Assembly (NCBI GenBank): GCA_049724395.1
Contig: JAUGWO010000014.1
Location: 62,001 to 96,684, forward strand
DNA: 34,684 nt
From: Spongospora subterranea f. sp. subterranea
Taxonomy: Eukaryota
Direction: 5' to 3'
Made by a program: the position numbers and the translations under genes. Positions 23,457-34,684 of the stretch are shown here, one piece after another. Position 1 is the stretch's first letter. Each line of letters starts with the position of its first letter. The notes under the pieces were generated by a model that saw only the letters and a program-made list of their open reading frames with translations, made no database searches and had not been told where the DNA came from.

Positions 23457-26400
23457 TCATGCGGAAGATGAAAATATCGCCTTACGGTTAATACGCACCT
23501 TCGCTATTGAATCTGGAGCTAGTTCGGTGTTTAAAATCTTGTGTCGGTGGGTTTCGAACTTCTGCTCGCTCAATGGTTTTGTAAAAAGGTCCGCAATCAT
23601 TGTTTCAGTTGGGCAGTATACGACTTTGATCCGGCCTTCCTTGATCTTTTCCCGGATAAAATGGTACTTGATATCCACATGTTTGGTTCTTGACTTATTG
23701 CAGTCGTTTGTTTGAAGAAAAATCGCTCCCTGGTTGTCCTGATGGAGGATGGACCTCTTGTTTGTGATGATACGTAGTTCCGCTAATAGGTCTTGCAACC
23801 AGATCGCTTCCTTTGTGGCGTCACACGCGGCCATATATTCGGCCTCTGTGGTAGATAAGGTTACCGCTTTCTGCTTTGTACTTTTCCATGAAATAGTATT
23901 GTTGCCTATTTTGTAAATCCATCCAGTCGTCGATTTGCGGTCGTTTTTGTCACCGGCAAAATCGCTGTCGGCGTATCCTTGGATAGTTGATGAACCTTTT
24001 GTAAAGTGAAGCCCGAGTTCTTGTGTAGTGTTTAAATACTTGATAATTTTCTGGATTGCTCTCCACAGATTTGGTGATGGTGATGTAACATAGCGGCTGA
24101 CGCAGTTGACAGCGTACGCTATATCCGGGCGGGTTGCATTTGCAAGATACATCAGACATCCGATCGCCTCTCTTATCGGGTACTTGTTAGGGGTCGAGTG
24201 GTCATTGCTATCGGGTTCCGGATTGTGTCCGGGGTCGTAAGTCACCGCCATTGGTGTGTAGGTCGGCTTACACTGGTCTTGTCCAAACTTGGTTACGATC
24301 GTCTTAGTATATTTTTGCTGGCATAGTGTAATTCCGGTTGATGTTCTTCTAGCCTCGATTCCTAAAAACTCGTGTAGTTCACCAAGGTCTTTCATTTTGA
24401 ATGTTTTGCCTAGGCTTGATGACAATTGTTGAATTGCGTAATGATCGTCGCCAGTTATTATCAGGTCATCAACATAGGTGCCGATTAGAATTGATTTCGC
24501 ATCCTGATTTTTGTACCATATGCAGGGTTCTTTCCTCGATTGCGTGAAGCCTTGGGCTTGGATGAGAGTGAACAGTGAATGTTGCCATTCTCTTCCTGCT
24601 TGTTTGAGGCCATATAAGGCTTTGTTAAGTAAACAGACTTTGTCTTTGTTGCTCCCCTGCTTAAGAAAGCCTTCAGGTTGCTCGACATAGATTGGAGTGA
24701 GCAAGGGCGCGTTGAGGTAGGCTGTTGTGAAGTCCTTCTGGTAGAGCTTCCAATCGTTGCTGACCGCGATGCTGACTAGTAGTCGCAGGGATGTGTGGGC
24801 TAAAACCGAAGCGTACGTCTCTTGATAGTCAATCCCATATTGTTGTGAGTAGCCTTTAGCAACAAGTCGAGCCTTGTACTTTGCTTGTCCATTTGGTAGC
24901 TGTTTCTTGACGAATACCCATCTTGTTTTGATTGGTTTGATGTGAGGTGGTAATTTCACTAAGTTCCAAGTGTTATTTTCCTGATGTGCTTGGAGTTCTG
25001 CAATTGCTGCTTGATGCCACTCTTTGGCGTCAGGTTTTTGTTGCGATGCATGATAAGTTTTTGGGGAACTTTCTGATGTGTGGTTTCCCTGTAGATCATG
25101 TAGTTCGTCAATAACCGACAGTGGATCGAAATCTTCGTTTGCCACCGATTCTTGTAAAATTGAAGCGTTCATCTCTTGTTCGTTGAAAGTAATGTCTCGT
25201 CGGGCGAAGATGAGCTTGCTCTGAATATCTAGTACGATGTAGCCTTTCTGGTATGGCGCGTATCCGAGAAAGATGCATTTTGTCGAAGTTGGCTCTAATG
25301 ATGTTCTGAGTGATGAATCTCGGTGAGCATATGCGATGCATCCAAATGGGCGTAGGTGGTTGACGTCAGGTTTTCTTCCATGCCAGAGCTCAAACGGGGT
25401 TCTCCAGTCTATCCTCCTTGTGGGTAATCTGTTTTGCGTGTAAACAGCGTGATGAACAGCGAACCCCCAGTAGTTGTATGGTAATTTCGATTCGATGAGT
25501 ATGCATCTCGCCATCGCCATTATTGTCTGGTTTCTTCGTTCTGCCTGTCCGTTTTGTTCCGGGCTGTATGGTATCGTTCGTAAGTGTTTGATGTTCTTCT
25601 GGAGCAGGTACATGCTTATTTGGCGGTTAACGTACTCAGCACCATTATCAGTTAATAGTGTTGTTACTCGTTGTTTTGTTTCAGCTTGTGCGTTTGTGAT
25701 GAACCAGTTGATCGCATCTAATACTTCTTCGGCGCTTTTGGTTTTCAGTAACTTTATCTGAGTCCATGTTGAGTATAGACAGTTAAAAGAGATGTAGTAC
25801 CGAAATCCTTCTTTGCTCGGTTCTAGTATTGGGCCTTGATGTCGGATGATACGATTTCGAATGGTTTCGTCGGGTTAGTTCTGCGTGCCTTTGGGAATGG
25901 CTGTCGGCGCGTCTTCCCTTGGGCGCAACTGTCGCCGCAGAATGTTCGTTCGTTGCTGTTGATTTTAATGCCGTCCGTTGTTGATGTGGCTGAAGATAAG
26001 TGCTGTAGTCGTTCATTTGAGGCGTGTCCGAATCTTCGATGAGCCAGCTCCATGCTGATACTCATGTTTGTTTCGTTGCTGAGCTGTGTCTGGATAAAGT
26101 GAAGCCCGTTCTGTTGCTGTGCCGTGATGATGGTTCTGCCGACTTCATCTAGGATTTGGAGTTCGTTGCCTATACGAATTGTTAGTCCTTGCTCAGTAAA
26201 AGATTTTGTGGCTAAGAGGGTCTTAGTCAATTTTGGCACAAAGAGAACGTTATTGATGGTGATGGGAGGGCTGCTATCGATGATCAGGTTCCCGTTTCCA
26301 TGTGCTAGTATTGTCTCTCCGTTGCTGCATGTAATTTTGATCTTATGTTTCGTTGCGAAGTAGTTTTGCAGGATTGACTTGTCATTCGTCATGCTGACAT

Positions 26401-27391
26401 TTGCGCCACTGTCAATCAGGTAAGATTTTTGTGTCGTTCCAATACTCGAAGTATGGAATCCTGTGAAAGTGTCAGTATCGCTTTCATAATTTGTCGAGAC
26501 TGAGCTGTTCGCCGTGTTGTTGGAGATCGGCTTTTTGGTGTTTTCTCTTCGGAGAGTCCAGCAATGTGATGTATCGTGTGTGCTTGTGTTGCACCTTGTG
26601 CAGTGCCTCCTATTTCCGCCGTTATTTCGCAGCTTTGTATGTAGACCCTTCATCTCCGTGTTTAGGTTGTTGAATTCGTCTTGTTGTGTAGGCGCTCTTG
26701 ACTCGATCTGCTCGTCGCGTTCTGCAGATAGCAGCAGGTTTGTTAACCTTGGCATCGTCATACCCTGAGATGCTCTAGCTGCCGCCTTGATTTGTCGGTA
26801 ATTTTCTGGTAAGCCGTCTAAGGCTTTTGCACATAGTGCGGTTTCCCCGATGCTGATGTCATATACTTTTAGGTCGTAATACAGCTCGGTAATTTTGTCC
26901 AGATATGTTTTCATTGCCTCTGAAGTCGATTTCTTCAGGTGGATGAATTGGATGAACAAGTTGGATGCTTTCGATTCAGCTGACTGTTCGTATACATTCC
27001 GTAGTTTTTTCCAGATCTCACTTGTCGTACTGCAAGTTGATACTTGTTTGTACTGCGATTGTGTCAGGCGTAGGCATATCTGTGCTGATGCCAACTTGTC
27101 GTTTCGGATTTCAATCCGGTCGGATGGATTCGGTGGGTGTTCGAGGTAGGAATCCAAACTCATTATGGTAAATTGCATTTCCAATTTCCGCTTGAACTCG
27201 TCCCAGTTCGTGCCGTTAAATTGGGGTATAAGTTTCAACCCAGAGTTGTACTTATGTAAGTCGACTTCTTCGGTCAGCCAGTGTGCAGATTGAGTCTGTC
27301 TTTGACTCTGGCTGGTTGTTTGGCTGTGTGTATTTCCATCTTGTGGTTGGTCGACGTTGTTGTCGTTTCTTCCGTTGCGGGTTTCTACCAT
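23457..27391 (-). pseudogene. Copia B gag-pol polyprotein with a single frameshift near 25830
   Basis: ORF 25823..27391 (gag-PR-IN N-terminus) resumes in another frame as (G)PILEPSKEGFRYYISF... and continues into ORF 23457..25613. Confidence 0.88.
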
Positions 27392-27403
27392 TTTGGAGCA
27401 GGG

Positions 27404-27417
27404 TGGGACTCTTAATC
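27404..27417 (-). promoter_or_regulatory. Primer-binding site of copia B
   Basis: Minus strand reads gattaagagtccca immediately after the 5' LTR, identical to the site in element A. Confidence 0.75.
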
Positions 27418-27637
27418 TATTAGACGATAGTGGTAGTGGTAGTGTGTAGCGTTTACGCTGGAATCCGTTCCAAATTCAATGTGTGTATTAGCCATTCACG
27501 TTAATGATTACTATAGAAGAGTGACGTTTATTGTCATTGATGCCCAAGGATGTGTTTAATACACATAGTTGAGTCATTCTTATCAATGACTCAACATGAA
27601 TCATGCGGAAGATGAAAATATCGCCTTACGGTTAATA

Positions 27638-29201
27638 CACAAGGCCATCATTCTCGGGTCCTTATATACCTAAGACTTTTGGATCATGACGATTAGGCGT
27701 CCTGACATCCATCATTCCGTTGATGGCGTCTAATAACGGATGATCCCTATTCACCTGAATAAATTCCGTTATCAATGTTGGTGCATCATTCTTGGGGGTA
27801 ATCAGTGGTTCCCATGAGTTCTCCGACTCAGAAAATCCTAGACATTTAACAAATCCTTGTAATTGCTGGGTTTCCTGATCCAATCAGACTTTCAGAATCC
27901 TTTCTGCCTCAAATGTTGCATTGTCAAATGAAAACTGAGTTTTCATCTCTTCCGTGACGTTAAGGTTTTGATCTGCATAGAACCTTATGCGATCTCCATG
28001 TACGATAGACGTCATATCCGTAATCAGGTTCCTAACCTTGAATACGTATCCTTTTTTTGATTCTATAATCTGATATGGTCCCTTCCATTTCAAATATAGT
28101 TTCTCGCCTGATTTTGTGACATTAGGACTGGTTAATCCATAATCGCCAATCCCGAAATTAGGTTTCAATTTTCCAGTTGATGCCTTATTCCTCTTCTGAT
28201 GCCTCTCAGAATTTGTCACTCCCAGCACTTCCTTATGCATTTGAGCTAGTTGCACCTGCAATTGCTCTACCATGACCCCTATTTGTCCACTATTCAATGA
28301 TATATCATTGATGTGTTCCACACCTGTCCCAGGTTTCTTAAAGATTAGTTCCACTGGATTATCTGCCTTAGCTCCAGTATAAACCGTAACTGGCGCTCTC
28401 CAACCCAACCGTTTCTGTGGTTTATGATTAAGCCCATGCTCAATCGCCTTGATCAGCCATGGCCAATCTTCCTTATTCCATCTCAACTCTGATATAACAC
28501 ACCTGAATGCAGATAATATCAGTTTGTTGATTACCTCGATGGATCCATTCGGGTAGTGTGTGTAGGCAGTAGTCCAGTGCTGTTCCACACCACATTTTGC
28601 TGCAAATCCCCTCATGATTTCCGACATAAAGTATGATGCTTGATCCGAGACAAACACCTCTGGAGTCCCAATTTGGATCTCCATTCCATGAGAGCATCCA
28701 CTGTCGCATCTGTGTCTGGTGTATTGACAGGCGTGATATGCACCAATCCTGACACATCATCCCTGATTACTAATAGCCATTGGAATTCATGATATGCACC
28801 CTAATTAAGCGGCATCATATACAGGTAATCAAAGTGTAATACTTGATTAGGTCTGCATCCATGACATGCTTCTCCTAGTGGTCGTGGCACCTGCTCACCA
28901 CCTCTGCTGGGAACGCAATGCAAGCATTCCTTGCAGATAGTCCTCACTCTCTTCGATCATATTGGTCCAGTAAAACCTTTCCTTAATCAATTGTGCCGTC
29001 GAATTGATTCCATTATGACCATTACGTGCACCCATATGTGCAATAACACATATCCTTAACCTTAAATCCCGACTACCAGACGGAATAACAATCTGTCCCT
29101 GATCATTCACAAACAATCCGTTAGTTTGTCTAAGGTTTTCCTGTTCCATTTCCGTTAGCTTATTAGTTTGTTCTTTGCCTATTTCCTGTTCATTAGGGAA
29201 C
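27638..29201 (-). mobile_element. Older Ty3/gypsy fragment (integrase + chromodomain), frameshifted
   Basis: H..H..C..C zinc-binding region, SDQASYF, NGSIE, WKGPY and chromo-like VKCLGFSESENSWEP. Clearly paralogous to 29899..31311. Confidence 0.9.
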
Positions 29202-29420
29202 TGTAACATACATCGGTATACACTGGTCAGGTGGATTACTATAGATGCTATTTACACACAATAGATGTTCCTATTCCGAGCCAATATACTCTCTGTGTAT
29301 TAGATCCGATATCTGGTCCGTAAAGTCCGTCAGGAACTCCGTTGCCAGCTATATCCAATACAATAGGGTAGCCTGTCGTAGGCTATAACATAGGGTCAAT
29401 ACGTTGACACATATGTTACA
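29202..29420 (-). repeat. 3' LTR (219 bp) of the Ty3/gypsy element
   Basis: Termini tgtaacata...tatgttaca (9-bp inverted repeat). Preceded on the minus strand by PPT gaaagaaggaag (29421-29432). Confidence 0.9.
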
Positions 29421-32400
29421 CTTCCTTCTTTCAAAGAAATGCCCCACCCATGAAAATTTTAGATAAAAATCCGAAATTTCCTGAAGCCAGTTTGCGTCTA
29501 TAATCATTATGCAAAAAAATAGGAATCTTTTACAAGTAGGTTATACTTTCCCTAATCAATATCGTTTCTAATATTAATCTAGTCCTCACTGACTATCTTG
29601 TTAGAGACCATGAATGAATCCTCATCCAAGGTACTGTGAGACTTTCACTCACTAAACCAAAAAAATCATAATAATATCGCAACACTGCTTCAATCATATC
29701 GTAGGCTAACTGTGGGCTCTCAGTTTCCGACGCCTGGGATATGACTTGGCCTTACGCTTCAACTCTGGTGAAGCAACCACATTAATTGATTTGTCCATCA
29801 ATTTCTCTAACAAAACCTCAATCTGACTTCTCAGTGAATGAGTTTTGTTTGCAATAAGAATTCTTGGACCAATGTCCTTGCATCCTGAGCAACTTGCTCT
29901 AATGGCTCCAGGAATTTTCGGTCTCTGAAAATCCCAACCATTTTACTAATGCTACGAGCGATTGAGATTTCGAATCCACTTTCACGTTCACAATAAACTC
30001 TGCTTCAAATGTAGCATTGTCAAATGCAAACTGATTCTTAATCTCCTCAGTAACATTCATCTTCGAATCGTCATAAAATCGGATTCTATCTCCATGAACT
30101 TTCCGCATTGACTTATCAACTAAGTTCATGACAGTAAACACATATCCATTGTTATTCTCAACAATCTGATATGGCCCTCTCCATCTCTGAAAGAGCTTCT
30201 GTCCAGACTTCTCAACATCAGGGCTACATAAGACGAAATCTCCGACACCAAAATTTGGTCTTTGCCGAGGTTTCCTTGTCTTTGGCAACTTACGATTCTG
30301 GGTCCGTTCAGAACTCGTAATAGCCGCAACTTCTTTGTGCAGCTGTTCCATAGCACTCTCTAATGTCTCAGTTCTGCTGACAATTTGTTCTGTTGTCATC
30401 TGACATTTACCCAGGTTCTCTCCAGGCTTTTTGAAGATAAGTTCCAGCGGATTATCACTCTTTAATCCCGTATGAACCGTTACTGGTGCTTTCCACCCCA
30501 GTCTCTTCTTTGGTCGATGGTTGATAGCATGTTCTATTGCTTTCAACAACCATGGCCAATCCTCTTTATTCCACCTCAACTCTGAAATCAGAGCTTGAAA
30601 TAAAGACTTCAGTGCCTTATTCACAACCTCAACTGTCCCGTTAGGATAGTGAATATACGCTGTGGTCCAATGTTGTTCCACACCCGCTTTCTTGGCAAAG
30701 CTCCTCATTACTTCTGAAAGAAAGTAAGAAGCTTGATCTGAAACATACACCTCTGATGTTCCAAACTTTGATCGCCATTCCATCAACGCATCAACAGTCG
30801 TCTCCGTATCAGGAGTCACTGCTGGTGTCAGGTGAACCAAACCTGACAAGTCATCTACAATAACTAGAACCCATTCAAACTCATGATATGATCCTTTCAC
30901 TCTAGGCATTATATACATGAAATCAAAGTGCAATACTTGATTTGGTCTAGTTCCATGACATGCTTCACCAAAAGGTCGTGGGATTCTCTTCCCTCCTCTT
31001 GTAGGAATGCAATGTAAACACAAGTTACATATAGATGTGACATCATCGATCATCGATTTCCAATGAAATTGTTCTTGTAGTAGTTTGAGTACTACATTAA
31101 TTCCATAATGTCCACAATTTGCCCCAACATGGGCAATAACACACAATCTAGTCTTTAGATTGTCACATTCATCTGGGATAACCACTTTGTCTGAGTGATT
31201 TAGCAACAACCCATCTGAATTCAAGATTAAGGAATCCCTGTCTCGACCCTTAATCCAATTACTCTGCTCTTGAGTAATCTCATCAACAGTTGGCCACACC
31301 AACTTACTCATGGGTTGAGTCCGAAATTGATCCTTGAAGTTTTGAGGTCCAAGTGATGCATCAGTTGGGTCTATCCTAGCATCATGATCGATATCATTCT
31401 CAACATGCTCAGATTCATCAGTTATCGATCCATTACTCCTTTGAGTACGACGATTAACTGTAATCCTATTGCATCTCTCAGAACCGCATCCAGATTCCAG
31501 TAGGCCATTATCAATGTCTGATTTTGATAATACAGCCCCATCGAGTCATCATATCAGCCCAGACATTCATGTCTCCTGGTATATGTTCGATGTTGAATCT
31601 AAATGATCTGAGATCCATACCCCATCTTTCCAAGCGTTCCCCAGCTTGCTTCGTGCACTTTTCAGGATTATACATGGAAGTCAAATTCCTATGATCCGTA
31701 AAAAGCAGAAAGGGTTTAGAAGATTGAACTAAATAGTCCAATTTCCTAACTGTGTCCCAGATAGCGAATGCTTCCTTATCTGGCGTAGACCAGTTCAATT
31801 CTGATCCATGGAATCTGTGTCCGCAGAATCCCAACGGTTCATGTCTCTGATCATGGAACGGCAGTTTCCCAACATCCTCATGTGGAATCTGTGTCACCAT
31901 ACCAGAACTATGATATTGACTCGCATCAGTGAACACACATTGAACCATATCCTCGTCAGGATAGTTCAGCTGAGTTCGTCTACTGATCGCAGCCTTCATA
32001 CTGCTGAATGCTTCATCATGAACAGCATTCCAACCAAACGCGCTCAATGAAATTCCCTTGGCCACCGATTTGGTCCTTTTCGGCTGACCTTTCATTGCGT
32101 TTTCATAGATATTCTGCAATGGCAGAACTAATCTATTATAATCTGGAATGGCTCTACTCATCCATTGAATAGCCATAACAAACTGTTGCAAGTCTCGCGC
32201 TGTCGTTGGCTTCTGCATATTTACTAATGCCTCAACTCTAGCCGGATCATGCCTCACACCCTCAGGAGTGAATATTCTTCCACAGAATTTGGCCTTAATC
32301 TGGAACAATTCACACTTCTCTAAGTTGAATTTGATATCGTGTTCCTGCGCCAATTTAAGTGTCGTTTCTAACACCTGGAACCACTTCTCTTGAGTGTCTG

Positions 32401-34684
32401 CGTGTCCCAATATGTCATCAATCCATATTATTAATGATTGATACAGCAGTTCCCTATATATCTCATGCATTCTAACTTGGAACTGTGTGGCAGAATTCAG
32501 TGCTCCCTGAATGGATCTCGTTGGAGTGTAAACCCCTCGATCAGTCATAAAAGAAAACATTTCTTTGCAATCGGCGTCAAGTGGCATCATTTAGAAACCT
32601 TTGAAAGCGTCTAGAGAAAACCAATATTTGGAGCCACCCAAATGCTTGACTATTGATTCCAGAAACGGCATGGGCCATGCAGTTGCCTTGCATAGAGCGT
32701 TGACTTCTCGCAAATCAACCACCATACGTAATCCTTTACCACCGGGTTTTCTGACCACCACAACCGGAGAGGCCCACTCACAATTGTAGTTTTCATAAAC
32801 CAATCCATATTTCTCCAGAAGTCTGACAAATGTCGCCAGGAACTCACTATGTTCCTTGCTGTACCGTCGGGATTTGCACCTAACAGGTTCAACTCCTTCC
32901 CTCAGGTTCGTTACGAAAGGAGTGACATTTGCAGGTGGATCAGGTCCCAGCGACCTTCTCCAAACAGTTTGATACTTCCATATCAACATCCTTAGTCGAC
33001 TTTGCCATTCTATAGGCAATCCGTTATCAATAGCACGAGACATCATGTCTTCCATTGACTTCAAACTGTCTTCTGGGAAATCTTCCCCAATAATAATATC
33101 ATCATCGTTGTACAAATCCCAATGACTGATATTATCCTCATTGTTGGCGCCTAATGTCTTCTTTAGAATTAGCGACTCTAGAGCATCCTTAGGATTTATC
33201 CCCAGCTCTTTCAACAAATCTTCACCTAGCAATATTTCATCTAATGGTGAATCCCACAGCAAACATCTCCGGTTCCGAATGATCAGTTCGCCCGTTGCTG
33301 TATACAGGGTCAGATCAGCCAACATCTCATGTGTTGCTTCCGCCACTGTCTTATCTGGCAATATTAACTTAATTGCCTTTGCCAGTTTCCTTATACCGAT
33401 CTTATCATCGAGCCTCTGCGCTTTCTTCGCAATGCTCATCGGTATAACTGTCGACTGGGTACCACTGTCTAATAACCCTGGAAATATCATTCCTGCAGTC
33501 GACACTCTAACACTCAACTGTTTGTCTGCAGTTGACGGTTCGTGCATTTCTGACACTTTGTAGAAATCACTACTGTTGGATCCTGTCGTAGTCCTGACAT
33601 AAAGATCACCGTTCTGTTGGCTCTCTATGCTAGCAACTCCAATCCGACAAATCCTCATATACTGTCCATCGCTGTATGGTTTATTCTTAAACAAAACTTT
33701 CATTTTGTCTTTGTGTTTAACCAAGAGCGATTCCATCTCTGTCTTCGATGGTTTCTGTGGACACTTGGACATACTATGTCCTTCCAAACCGCAACACAAA
33801 CATAAGAATTTTCCTTTCTTATGCTTAACGTTTTTTTCTGACGCCGGGCGTTGTCTCACCTCGGGTTGCAGTTTCTTAAAATCTGTGGCATTCCGACCTG
33901 GTTTTGTTTCATGAAGGAAATGGGTAACTTCAAGAAACATTTCTGTCTTTGGATCATAAGATCCACCAGGGCACTGGGATTTTCTTCAATCTCAGCTTTC
34001 TTTTTAGTCAAGGCGACCGCTTTGATCATCCTTGATAATGCCTCTGGTCGTATCCCATTCAAAAGGATACGGACCTGCTCCTTCTTACCCTCTCTGGTGT
34101 CGAAGAAAGCTTCCCATGAATTCTCTTGGACCTTCTTGGTCCAAGAATGCATCATCTGCATGACTCTGGCATTTGCAGAAGACATTGTCTCCTGCATCAC
34201 CACTGTTGACATGACTTCCTTGATTCGCGACCACGCAAATGGATCTTCTTTGAGCTGACGCTCGCACCATTCACTGAGATCTGAATCTGTAACCTCGTCA
34301 ACAGGTTTCTTTAGCTCATACAGAGCTAAGGTCTTCAGTAGGGTCGCCTCCACCATGGTTCTAAGTGGCCTTGCATTCTCCCTGCTGTTCGCATCTTCTA
34401 ACACCTCCCAGTACCTCTTTTAGGTCCTGGTTGAAGGCTATTATTGATGACCGCTGGGTGTCTACCAACGTTGGGGCCTTGTTGGTCTCAAAGACCATGC
34501 CCGCCGTTTGAGGGACTGACTTTTTCTTCTTTAGGAATCTTATCACTTGCGGTGACCGAGTCTACCATTACGAGAGTTCCAATCAAATCGAAAATCCCAA
34601 ATGAACTCAATTCCAATCAAACAATCGGCACAAGACCTCTGTCATGAGTCACGATCTCAATTCCATCATGAATTGATTAATCTC
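29202..34684 (-). mobile_element. Chromodomain-bearing Ty3/gypsy retrotransposon, defective, 5' end outside the window
   Basis: Order gag (CLCCGLEGHSMSKC), protease (LLDSGT), RT (WASPVVVVRK, LDAFKGF, WIDD), RNase H (FTDAS, TDHRNL, NVWAD), integrase and chromodomain (VKWLGFSETENSW). In-frame stop at 32591-32593 and frameshifts near 34400, 33900, 31530 and 29905. Confidence 0.95.

Larger units (their letters stand above)
23318..27637 (-). mobile_element. Ty1/copia element B, near full length; LTRs 23318-23493 and 27418-27637
   Basis: LTRs bounded by TATTA...TAATA. Internal gag-pol has a CCHC knuckle, LIDSGA, HHCC, integrase DDE (SDIK, TDNGAEY, NGQAER), YVDD and RNase H. No perfect TSD (aacag / cacaa). 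Confidence 0.95.

Noticed and set aside
27395..27420. tRNA-Lys gene
   Set aside because: Only 14 nt of the anticodon arm match and there is no cloverleaf; interpreted as a PBS.
32591..32593. Programmed stop readthrough in gypsy RT
   Set aside because: The stop is inside the RT core and the element has several other lesions; simple decay.

Overview
Eukaryotic, repeat-rich, apparently accessory DNA with short (~51-64 nt) spliceosomal introns, so the ORF track is largely misleading. The left half (1-16 kb) is an alternating-orientation array of four paralogues of a signal-peptide ankyrin-repeat gene (-, +, -, +). Manual splicing gives three apparently intact genes (13, 13 and 16 exons; ~498, ~498 and ~689 aa) built mostly from phase-2 exons, many exactly 99 nt (one ankyrin repeat), plus one disrupted copy. 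Two copies form a ~2.9-kb inverted duplication. The copies are separated by a 38/53-bp minisatellite, a spacer with a Ulp1-type protease exon and a copia remnant, and a PIF/Harbinger-type transposon. That transposon has an intron-containing DDE transposase and a divergent partner with a Myb-like N-terminus and a possible alpha-crystallin/HSP20-like C-terminus. The right half is a retroelement cluster: a decayed LINE, copia remnants, two related tail-to-tail Ty1/copia elements, and a chromodomain Ty3/gypsy element nested in a relative. Both copia elements have primer-binding sites matching the anticodon arm of tRNA-Lys(CUU) (half-tRNA priming) and non-canonical TA-starting LTRs. The host cannot be identified from sequence alone; secreted ankyrin expansion with tiny introns would fit a parasitic protist such as a plasmodiophorid (inference only). 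All gene models and domain calls were made by eye.
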